A stretch of DNA of 20,000 bases, taken from an uncultured virus (IMG/VR IMGVR_UViG_3300018405_000012). Lineage: Duplodnaviria; Heunggongvirae; Uroviricota; Caudoviricetes. The DNA lies in IMG/VR virus record IMGVR_UViG_3300018405_000012. One strand, 5' to 3'. Shown here in pieces: positions 1 to 7,492 of the stretch (positions are counted from its first letter, which is position 1; the number at the start of each line of letters is the position of its first letter). Below the pieces are notes generated by a model. That model was not told the DNA's origin. It worked only from the letters and a program-made list of their open reading frames with translations, and did no database searches. The translations under genes and the position numbers were made by a program.

Positions 1-650
1 GCGTCGATGTAGAACGCAGTTTCCAGTTCAGCCATCGGGATATCCCCATTAGCATCCTGGGCGAGGCTTTCCAGCGAGGCGGTGCCGTATTTCGAAGACT
101 TGGCGATCCCAGGCTCGTTCACACAATCCCAGGTCACGATCTTCTTCAGCAACTTGGTCTTGATGCCGCCAATGACCTTGTCATCGGTGAAGGAGCGGAT
201 TGAGAAGCATACGTCCTCATCCCGGTTCTCCAGCTGACGGTCAAGCCACATGCTCTCTTTACCAGAGGCTTTGACTTCGCCCACCACCATGGTCACGCCA
301 CGGCCCCGTTCATCGACACCCGGCTCCAGACGAATCCGGCGGATATGGACGCAGACGTTAGGTTCATAGATGTCATTGACACGACCGAACCATTCCAACT
401 GACTCATACCCGGCCGAAACCGCGGATGACCGCACTCGCCACGCAGACGACCTGCATCGATCAGGCGCATCAGGCCACCGGAGCCCTCGATGAGGCGCCG
501 ACCTTCTGGCTCGCTGTACAGCCAGCCCAGAGCATTGAATGCCCCAAGGGCACCCAAACGTACTTCATAATAGCCGTTGTCGAGCTTCTTAAGGTCCCCT
601 GCCTTGTTGATGCCCTGCAACACGTTACACTGATAAACAATACGTTCCAT
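1..650 (-). CDS. Prohead (head maturation) serine protease, phiKZ gp175/SPN3US gp245-like; runs off the left edge
   Basis: Not in the ORF track. Manual translation from ATG at 650, with GAGG upstream, gives MERIVYQCNVLQGINKAGDLKKLDNGYYEVRLGALGAFN...LRGECGHP...VCFSIRSF...IVTWDCVNEPGI...ASLES. It has the GExGHP (His), FSIRS (Ser) and WDxVxEPG (Asp) motifs of T4 gp21-type prohead proteases, and its position matches the phiKZ locus. Confidence 0.9.
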   Translation of the reverse strand, partial: MERIVYQCNVLQGINKAGDLKKLDNGYYEVRLGALGAFNALGWLYSEPEGRRLIEGSGGLMRLIDAGRLRGECGHPRFRPGMSQLEWFGRVNDIYEPNVCVHIRRIRLEPGVDERGRGVTMVVGEVKASGKESMWLDRQLENRDEDVCFSIRSFTDDKVIGGIKTKLLKKIVTWDCVNEPGIAKSSKYGTASLESLAQDANGDIPMAELETAFYID

Positions 651-663
651 GAGGAACCTCAAC

Positions 664-1395
664 TCAAGTTCGCAGAATTCGTTCAGTGCGCTCAACCCGG
701 TCACCTGGGTTCACAATCGCACTGGTCATACCTTCATCAAACCGACTACCTGCCAACTTCGCAATGGTGTTATTCGCACCATAGCTTACGTTACGTAGTG
801 GAATGATGGTCGGAGGATTCTGGTCAATATCTTCATAGGTTTCCACCGATTCCCGGTAGAACCGTCTCAGATCGGACGGGTCACGGCAAATGGTGCTGGC
901 GATGATCTCCATCACCGTGGGGGTCTTACCGACCCTGACGCCGGCGTGTTTACGAGCGGTGGAAAACATCCCACCGAGTTCGCGGTAAGTCAGGTACCAT
1001 GGCACACGTCCTTTCGCAATCAACTCATCGTAAATGCGGTAGAGCAGGTTGTCGATCATCACCAGATCTTCACTGGCAATGACCCTATCACCTGGTTCGT
1101 ACTGCATCTCGATGTACTCCACCTCATCAACGACTACACTGCCCACCAGTGTGGGTTCACTCCGGATGGGTGCACAGATCTTCGAAGCCATGTAGTACGT
1201 ATCGTCGAGGATGATGGCGCAAAACCCCAGGAAGGTGATCTCTTCCTCGAAGACCGCCAGTTCACGCTGGGGAAAGCGTGCTGGGATCTGGACCTTCAGT
1301 GGCTTCAATGCCACGTACGACCCTTCATCGGTGCGAGAAAGGGCCTTGTGTACCCGAGCTGCATCACGGATGTATCGGGAAGATGAAATGCTCAT
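664..1395 (-). CDS. Virion RNA polymerase beta' C-terminal subunit, phiKZ gp176/SPN3US gp244-like
   Basis: 243 aa with an AAGGA RBS. The C-terminus (NTIAKLAGSRFDEGMTSAIVNPGDRVERTERIL) resembles the RpoC C-terminal region. It lies directly upstream of the protease, as in phiKZ and SPN3US. Confidence 0.7.
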   Translation of the reverse strand: MSISSSRYIRDAARVHKALSRTDEGSYVALKPLKVQIPARFPQRELAVFEEEITFLGFCAIILDDTYYMASKICAPIRSEPTLVGSVVVDEVEYIEMQYEPGDRVIASEDLVMIDNLLYRIYDELIAKGRVPWYLTYRELGGMFSTARKHAGVRVGKTPTVMEIIASTICRDPSDLRRFYRESVETYEDIDQNPPTIIPLRNVSYGANNTIAKLAGSRFDEGMTSAIVNPGDRVERTERILRT

Positions 1396-1414
1396 GGTGA
1401 GATATCCTTGAGAG

Positions 1415-1438
1415 GGTCAGTGAGTCGCCCCACCGACC
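1415..1438 (-). other. Intergenic RNA hairpin with GNRA loop and no U-tract
   Basis: Minus-strand RNA GGUCGGUGGG-GCGA-CUCACUGACC forms 10 bp including 2 G-U pairs, just upstream of the RBS of 664..1395. Confidence 0.5.
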
Positions 1439-1448
1439 ACAATTGCCA

Positions 1449-2798
1449 TTACGCCTGAATCAGGCCCAGCTGGCGCGCTTGCCAGTGGCTGATGTACTTC
1501 ACGGTGGCCATCAGCGCCACTTCGCGCGGGTCAGTATCGGCCTCCATCTGCGCACCAACACGATTCATCAGGTTGATGAAGGTCAGGGCATCGGTCTTCG
1601 GGTAGAAAACTTCACAGATGATTTCGGTGATCAGTTGATTCAGATCATCACAGCACTTCTCGTGAATCTTGCTGCACAGATCGACCAGCTTACGCTGCGC
1701 ATCGGCCATGTCCTCGCCGAGGTCTTTCTCAACGATTTCACCATTGACGATCTGGCGCACGCCATCGCGCACAATGCCGGTCATTTCAGACTGTACCTTG
1801 AGGCTGCGCAGGTTCATCTCACGGGTGTAGATCTGTTCCAGAGCGGTCTTGTTCTCGATCAGCTGACCCTGACTGAACCGACGGCCGGCCATCTCGTTAC
1901 CGATCAGTGCCTCCGGGGTAAGACCCTGGTCCAACATCTGGCGGTAGACGCGACCCATCACTGCAACAGTGGTCAGCGAATCCCGACCTGTGGCATAGAG
2001 GGTGCCAGCCTTGTCGGCTGCTTCGTAACGCAACTGGGCACCGCGAATCAACTGGGCAGTTTTGGCCAGCAGGCGGTTGACCAGATCGTTGTACTCGACC
2101 AGTGTCAGGTTAACACCCGGCTCGGGTTCACCGTAGATGGCTTGAGCGGCCACCAGAACACCAGGAAGGTGATCGACGTGGAGTGCCTGTACACCTTTGC
2201 GACCCGACAGCACTTGCTGAACTTCAGCATAGCCTTCGTCGTTGCCCAGCCCCAGAATCACAGCCAGTTCTTCGTCGAAACCAGCCATGCCGGTTTTGCA
2301 GAGGTCCTTGACTCGGTCCAGTTCGACCGGGCACAGGTTGCGAGCGGGAGTGTCCAACTGACTGGCAGTCGGGTAGCGCTCATACAGCTGCTTCAGAACA
2401 GGGTTGCTGTACACGGCAGGGATTTCACGCATCTCCACGGTGTAGGGGAGGGAGGCCTCGACCCGACGGGCACTGACGTAGGCCTGAACACGCGGAACCA
2501 CGTCCTTGATGTGCGGCAGAATGACGTTGCGCGTCATGTCATGTAGACGGGAGATGGACAGCGAAGCCAGTTTGATGATGTCGGCTTTGGCCAGGCGATG
2601 AAGGTCGTTGTTGGAACGCTCTTGCAGTACAGTGGTGACATCACTGTTCAGGGCCAGGGCGTTTTCCACCAAGGCGGTTTCAGTGGTCATGGTCAGGCTG
2701 AGCAAAGGGCTACCTTCGCTCGGCAGCACGCGCAGCTTACGCTCAGCCAAACGCTGAGCCACTGGCAGGGCTGCTTCGATGGCGATACGGTTAAGCAT
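1449..2798 (-). CDS. Putative virion (internal head) protein, phiKZ gp177/SPN3US gp243-like
   Basis: 449 aa ORF whose start overlaps the upstream small ORF (ATGCTTAA). The product call rests on synteny and size only. Confidence 0.6.
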   Translation of the reverse strand: MLNRIAIEAALPVAQRLAERKLRVLPSEGSPLLSLTMTTETALVENALALNSDVTTVLQERSNNDLHRLAKADIIKLASLSISRLHDMTRNVILPHIKDVVPRVQAYVSARRVEASLPYTVEMREIPAVYSNPVLKQLYERYPTASQLDTPARNLCPVELDRVKDLCKTGMAGFDEELAVILGLGNDEGYAEVQQVLSGRKGVQALHVDHLPGVLVAAQAIYGEPEPGVNLTLVEYNDLVNRLLAKTAQLIRGAQLRYEAADKAGTLYATGRDSLTTVAVMGRVYRQMLDQGLTPEALIGNEMAGRRFSQGQLIENKTALEQIYTREMNLRSLKVQSEMTGIVRDGVRQIVNGEIVEKDLGEDMADAQRKLVDLCSKIHEKCCDDLNQLITEIICEVFYPKTDALTFINLMNRVGAQMEADTDPREVALMATVKYISHWQARQLGLIQA

Positions 2799-2985
2799 GT
2801 TCGCGACCCTCGATTACATTGTTCAGTTCGGCAGCCAGGATAGCTGCGATCGTGCGATCGTTCAGCGTGGTACCTTCCAGACGGTTGGAGATCATGTTGC
2901 CGGAGACGTTTCCGATGATCTCGGTGCCGATGTCGACGGCGTTCGCCAACACCGACAGGTTGTCAAAAGTAGTATTGGTGCTCAT
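2791..2985 (-). CDS. Small hypothetical, probably virion, protein
   Basis: 64 aa ORF that fills the gap between beta-N and the gp177-like gene and overlaps the next start by 8 nt, suggesting translational coupling. Confidence 0.6.
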   Translation of the reverse strand: MSTNTTFDNLSVLANAVDIGTEIIGNVSGNMISNRLEGTTLNDRTIAAILAAELNNVIEGREHA

Positions 2986-3013
2986 GAGAGAAAACCCTGT
3001 TTTGTGAAGCTGT

Positions 3014-3052
3014 AAAAGGAGGGCCAGAGACCCTTGAAGATCTCTGGCCTTC
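3014..3052 (-). terminator. Putative intrinsic terminator after vRNAP beta-N
   Basis: Stem GGCCAGAGAUC / GGUCUCUGGCC followed by CUCCUUUU, a few nt after the stop at 3060. Confidence 0.55.
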
Positions 3053-3059
3053 GATCACG

Positions 3060-4184
3060 TTATTTACCGTCCATCCACATCGCGGCAGCGTTTTCACCAA
3101 TCGCTGTCAAGACCGAGATGGTCATGCCAGACAACAGTGCGGACAATACAATCCGGTCCATGACCGACTTGGCACCGAAGACTGCGTTGACTGTCCGTCC
3201 CGATTCGGTCTCATTGATCCCCGACAACCGGTGACCGACAACACTCTTCATCTGGGAGGCAAATACCAACTTGTCCCCTACCGACATTCCTTCACGGTGC
3301 GTGATGTACACCTTGATTGCCATGTGATCGAGTTCGAGACCGTTGCCATCAATACGCAATGACTGATCCACTTGCCCACTGGCTGCCGGTTTACCCAGCC
3401 GCTTGGCCACCTTACGGCGACGCTTGTCGTGAGCCAACGCCAACTCCAAAAGCGAATCCGACATGTCGTCCGGGTCACCATGGTAGAAGACTTCGATCTT
3501 CGAGACTTCACCTACAGCGCCTGCCGAAGGTGTTGCCGATGACATTAGGCGCAAGGTATCCAGATCGTCGTCTGAGAACAAGCCGGATTCGGCTGTTACA
3601 GCGTCTTCGATCGTACATAGGATAGTTGCGATGTCCGTGTGGTCGCCTTCCTTGACCAAGTTACGGATTGTCTGGTCAAACCGAACAACAATGGTCTTGA
3701 CCTTGGTGACTTCCGATCCCAGTTGCTCAGCCAACCAATCATCAATGGCCGAGGAGTCCTCGAGCGTATAGGACGCTTCCATCAAAGCTGTCCGGGCAAT
3801 CACCCCTGCCATCCACTGTACCTGCTTGGGATGGAACCGGCTGGGCTTGAAGAACCCGGCGTTGTACTTGAGGATGTCGCCCTTCTCGATCTTGTCGCCC
3901 AGCTTCAGGGTTGTAGCCTGTCGCTGCGGATAGACCGAACCGGCCGAGATGCCATACTGCGTGGTCAGATCAACGTGTTCAAACGTCCCGTCCTCATACG
4001 CCACCACCAGATGCTCGTCACTCTGCTCAACCACTTCACCTGCTTTAGAAGCAGGCACGGCGAAGATCTCATCGACCCGATGGGCCAGAATGTGATCGTA
4101 ACCGGTGCTGATAGGTGACTCACGGTAACCCTGTGCAGCGATTACGTGAGACTGCTGGATGCCGATGAAGTTGACGCGTTTTGG
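3060..4184 (-). CDS. vRNAP beta-N subunit (gp178-like), exon 3
   Basis: The frame of ORF 3060..4058 is open upstream to 4184 and reads PKRVNFIGIQQSHVIA. It contains the RpoB-like motifs YTLEDS and VGDKLVFASQMKSVV. Joined to exon 2 it gives SPFSDRDD|PKRVNF, comparable to RpoB IPFLEHDDANR. Confidence 0.9.
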   Translation of the reverse strand, partial: PKRVNFIGIQQSHVIAAQGYRESPISTGYDHILAHRVDEIFAVPASKAGEVVEQSDEHLVVAYEDGTFEHVDLTTQYGISAGSVYPQRQATTLKLGDKIEKGDILKYNAGFFKPSRFHPKQVQWMAGVIARTALMEASYTLEDSSAIDDWLAEQLGSEVTKVKTIVVRFDQTIRNLVKEGDHTDIATILCTIEDAVTAESGLFSDDDLDTLRLMSSATPSAGAVGEVSKIEVFYHGDPDDMSDSLLELALAHDKRRRKVAKRLGKPAASGQVDQSLRIDGNGLELDHMAIKVYITHREGMSVGDKLVFASQMKSVVGHRLSGINETESGRTVNAVFGAKSVMDRIVLSALLSGMTISVLTAIGENAAAMWMDGK

Positions 4185-4491
4185 CGATGTCTTCGGTTAG
4201 GTTCGTTAAGCCTAACCCGCACCATTACGTGCAGCTCTGGGCTTTCCCCAGATGTCGAGACTATATCTTTACCCTCACTGTAGGGTAGTCCACATTTCCA
4301 CTCACTTGAGTGTACAGGCTGACGAGGCCTTAGTCGTTGAACCCGATCACCGTATCCGAAGACTTAGGTGCTTGGCTGCTGATTACCCAATCCTCACACT
4401 TTTCTAACCATGACCGTCTGATCTTTCGATCTCCGTTTTGGTAGTGAGGCTCTAAGGATGTCCCAGCAATTAGAGGACGCTCAGTTAACCA

Positions 4492-5508
4492 TTACTGATT
4501 AACCGGACCATTGTTACGGGCTGCATAGTCCGAATAGTACATGAATCTATATCCATCCCCATACGCCCGATCTGGGCGCTTGAGTCTGTAATCAAGAAGA
4601 GTTGGCGAGATATCGAATTTCCTAGCCGCATCTGTACATTGAGGAAATATCTCAATTGACTCACACGTGTCGTCAATTACTACGACAGACCTTTTCTTAG
4701 TGTACAAATCCAATTCCAAGTAGGGGTCTTCTACGTGTCGCCATGGTTTAGGATCACTAGCCAATTTTACCTGAATGTATCCAGGGAGTACTGGCTGGTT
4801 TTCTTGTTTTAACCATAGTGTCAACTTCGATTGATTGGTTCCTAGGAGCATAGCGAGCGTTTTAAGCTTCGAGAATGACTTTATTTTCCCTGTTAGAAGT
4901 TCTCTCACTAAAACTACTTTGCCATTGCGGTCCGGGAATGTCTTCCTTAATTCCTTTCCAGGAATGAACCAATCTTCTTCATCATGGAGACGTTTATACT
5001 GCCGTCCATCGGGAAATACCTTCTGTCCCTTAGACATTATCCTCCACAGTACAGCGTCCTTTGTCAAACCTAGATTAAGTGCGCATTTGATAGCACTTGG
5101 AAACTCAATAACAATACCAGTTACCGAGTCCCTGACAAGGACGGGAACGCATTTACTGGTCAATTGGTTATAACCAGCGTGTTCAGCGTTACCTGTATAA
5201 GTCTCCCACTCGAGATTATCAAGGAAATCATCGCCCTTGATGCAGTTCTTGTGGTTGACCACTAGGTTATCTATTGGGTATCCTGGGTGTTTGAAGACGA
5301 AGCACATGAGTCTGTGTCGACCCCAAGTTAACACCTTTCCATTGTCCCCAATTAATCGAAAGTTAAAGTAACCCTTCGGATTTCGACTTCCTTGCAGATA
5401 TTTCCCATCTGCCCGCCTAATTACTTCCCCAGTTATGGAAATCCCATAACGACTATATCCAGAAATTTCATAGAAACCTGGATAGTCCTCTAACTCGATT
5501 GGATTCAT
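4492..5508 (-). CDS. Intron-encoded NUMOD4/HNH homing endonuclease (I-HmuI-like) with repeated C-terminal DNA-binding modules
   Basis: Contains YGISITGEV...KGYFNFRL...HRLMCFVF...VNHKNCIKGDDFLDNLEW...N. The ATG at 5508 is 6 nt after AGGAG. The ORF is visibly more AT-rich than the flanking exons. Confidence 0.9.
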   Translation of the reverse strand: MNPIELEDYPGFYEISGYSRYGISITGEVIRRADGKYLQGSRNPKGYFNFRLIGDNGKVLTWGRHRLMCFVFKHPGYPIDNLVVNHKNCIKGDDFLDNLEWETYTGNAEHAGYNQLTSKCVPVLVRDSVTGIVIEFPSAIKCALNLGLTKDAVLWRIMSKGQKVFPDGRQYKRLHDEEDWFIPGKELRKTFPDRNGKVVLVRELLTGKIKSFSKLKTLAMLLGTNQSKLTLWLKQENQPVLPGYIQVKLASDPKPWRHVEDPYLELDLYTKKRSVVVIDDTCESIEIFPQCTDAARKFDISPTLLDYRLKRPDRAYGDGYRFMYYSDYAARNNGPVNQ

Positions 5509-5513
5509 GTGCA

Positions 5514-5540
5514 ACTCCTATCATGACATACAATAGGAGT
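5514..5540 (-). promoter_or_regulatory. RBS-sequestering hairpin of the endonuclease with TATG in the loop region
   Basis: ACUCCUAU (5540-5533) pairs perfectly with AUAGGAGU (5521-5514), which contains the SD AGGAG. TATG is at 5530-5527. Confidence 0.75.
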
Positions 5541-5570
5541 ACTATATTCATTACTATACAGCAAACATTA

Positions 5571-7028
5571 ATCGTCTCGGTCAGAGAACGGTGAGATCAA
5601 AGCTGATGTCGACAGCAGGTTAGCCGAACCATCCTTTTCCTTGTCGTACTTGCGAACGGTACCGCGAATGCTGGTGATGTTGGCATTCGGTGACATGTAG
5701 GTGATGACCGCCACGTCCCCCGAGTCCACTGTATCCCCAGAGATGAAGCCAATATCACTTTCCTTGTACAGGCGAGATTCTGCGGTCATCGAGCGGCTGC
5801 TCCGTCCACCGCGACCCCCGTACGTGATGATCTCCTTTTGCTTGAGGTTCTGAATCGGGTTGATGTCATCGACCAGTGCCGACGCCGGGTCTTGGACGAT
5901 GTTGGTCCAGACTTCATGGGGCTTCATGGTGACTTGAGAGTTGCTCGATGCACTGCGCGAGTTATACACCCGAATCGAACGCACCAGTTCCCCATAGACT
6001 GCTCCCGGAATCCGCTCATAGCCCTTGGCTCGTTCGAGACCATCGATCAGACCTTCCGCCCCTTCCACAACAGTTGGGACATAACGGTTGATCAGCAGCT
6101 CGACAGCCCGTAGCAACAATGGCACATACTCGGTGGGTTCTTTCATCCACTCGAGTACGCCCTTGGTGATCGGATCGACCCACATGGCGTTCATCAGGTC
6201 CAGTTCACGCAAATACCGCAACCCGATGCCGTTGGCGTCCAATACCGTGAAGTACACATCCTTGGCATTGAAGCTATGGCGACTGAAGCTCTTGATCTGC
6301 TTGTGATAGTGCACGAACCCGGCGAAAATCATACTGACTTTGTCGTCGGTCTTGTCGAGCACCACCGTTTCATCCAGGAACTTCAACGCGTACTCATCCG
6401 GCCCCATCTGCAGCCTAGTTCCAACAGGGACCGTCCGGAAGCTGGCTTTGGTCAGTTCAAGCAACCGATCAAACCCGACCAGATACGCCAGTGCGATTCC
6501 AACCGGCATGGTTTTACCGAAGATGCTGATTTCAGCCATCCCCACCGGGGCCTTTTCACGGTTCAGGTTAAACAGCTCTTCGACATGACCCAGCTCTTCA
6601 ACCTGTTCATTACCCTTAACCAGGTAGAAAGCATTGTCACGGTCCACCAGTACATAACCGTTGTCGCGCTTACCGCAGACCACCATCCCAGGATGCTTGT
6701 TCTCCAGCGCTTCGACCTGTACCATGTCCAATACACGGCTGCGGTGGCGGTTCTTGTAATCGAACCAGTACTGTCCATTCGACTCAAAGGACATCACACG
6801 GCTGCCGATGATGGTGTAAATCGTGGGCAGGTCAAGTCCGAAGTCCGCTACGTCAGCGACCTTTACATTGTTGATGTCGTTATCGGTCTTATCCAGACCC
6901 TTGGCGACAATCTGCTTACCGATCCAGGCATCGTAGTTGAACACAGAGCGCTGAGAGCGTTCGATGAACAACTTACTGTAGTAGCTGGTCAGTGCTACAC
7001 GGGTGGGGTTAACTTTTCTGATGGGAAT
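5571..7028 (-). CDS. vRNAP beta-N subunit, exon 2
   Basis: 486 codons from IPIRKVNPTRVALTSYYSK to SPFSDRDD. It includes the RpoB-like segments NPIQNLKQKEIITYGGRGG and GFISGDTVDSGDVAVITYM. Confidence 0.9.
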
Positions 7029-7492
7029 CAACCCCATCTGGTTGGACCATATCTTCATCCTCAGCACTCTATTGAGTTGTAGGATGCCTACCGTTTCCCC
7101 ATTCTTAATGAACAGGTACTCTACTCGCTTTAAAGACTCCTAAGAGCCACCACCTGGCTTTATGCAGATGTCATTAGTCCGTATGTACGGATGTAGCTTT
7201 CGATGGCCTCTGAGCACATCCCATGGCCTTGTAGGGCGTTAGGGACTTCGCTGCGTCGGTTGCGCCTATCGTTGACGTTTTTACCATGCTCATCGCTTCC
7301 ATTACTGGGATGAGTGTTACTCTCAGTTTCCTGGAGCAAGTGGTAGCCAATGACCTTAACGGCGTTTTCCCGCAATTAGGTAGGTTTGCTAGTGACGCAT
7401 TACTGCATCACGCGAACATTCGTTTCCGGTGTAATGATTTTACTGGGGTCGAACACATGTCCCCGTGCTTTAACGATTACTGGAAATTATTT
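7029..7492 (-). ncRNA. Group I intron, 464 nt, ORF-less
   Basis: Core elements are P AAUUGCGGGAAA, Q CGACGCAGCGAAG, R CUCAGAGGCCAU, S AAGAUAUGGUCC and P3 CCUACC/GGUAGG. The internal guide GAAUGUUCGC (7421-7412) pairs with 5' exon GCGGAU, with U-G at the splice site, and with 3' exon AUUC. Terminal G is 7029. The spliced protein reads QKAD|IPIRKV. Confidence 0.92.

Larger units (their letters stand above)
4185..5570 (-). ncRNA. Group I intron (IA-like, with P7.1/P7.2), 1386 nt, containing an HNH endonuclease ORF
   Basis: The 5' exon ends in U (GAU) and the intron ends in G (ACAUCG). Core elements are P AAUUGCUGGGA, Q AAUCAGCAGCCAAG, R GUUCAACGACUA and S AAGAUAUAGUCU. Removal restores the frame. 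The P1 pairing is less clear than in the other two introns. Confidence 0.92.

Noticed and set aside
1443..2546. Long plus-strand ORFs opposite minus-strand genes (also 345..806, 6276..7082, 7286..8191, 9978..10733)
   Set aside because: Antisense shadows of real genes with no motifs or RBS.
4200..4460. Hairpin-rich segment as a tRNA or CRISPR-like array
   Set aside because: No cloverleaf or repeat-spacer pattern; the hairpins are intron P5-P9 elements.
7029..7067. Start of ORF 5568..7067 (MLRMKIWSNQMGL)
   Set aside because: It overlaps the intron S element and P9, so it is not an independent gene start.
7160..7375. 71-aa minus-strand ORF inside the middle intron
   Set aside because: It spans conserved ribozyme core elements and has no RBS or nuclease motif.
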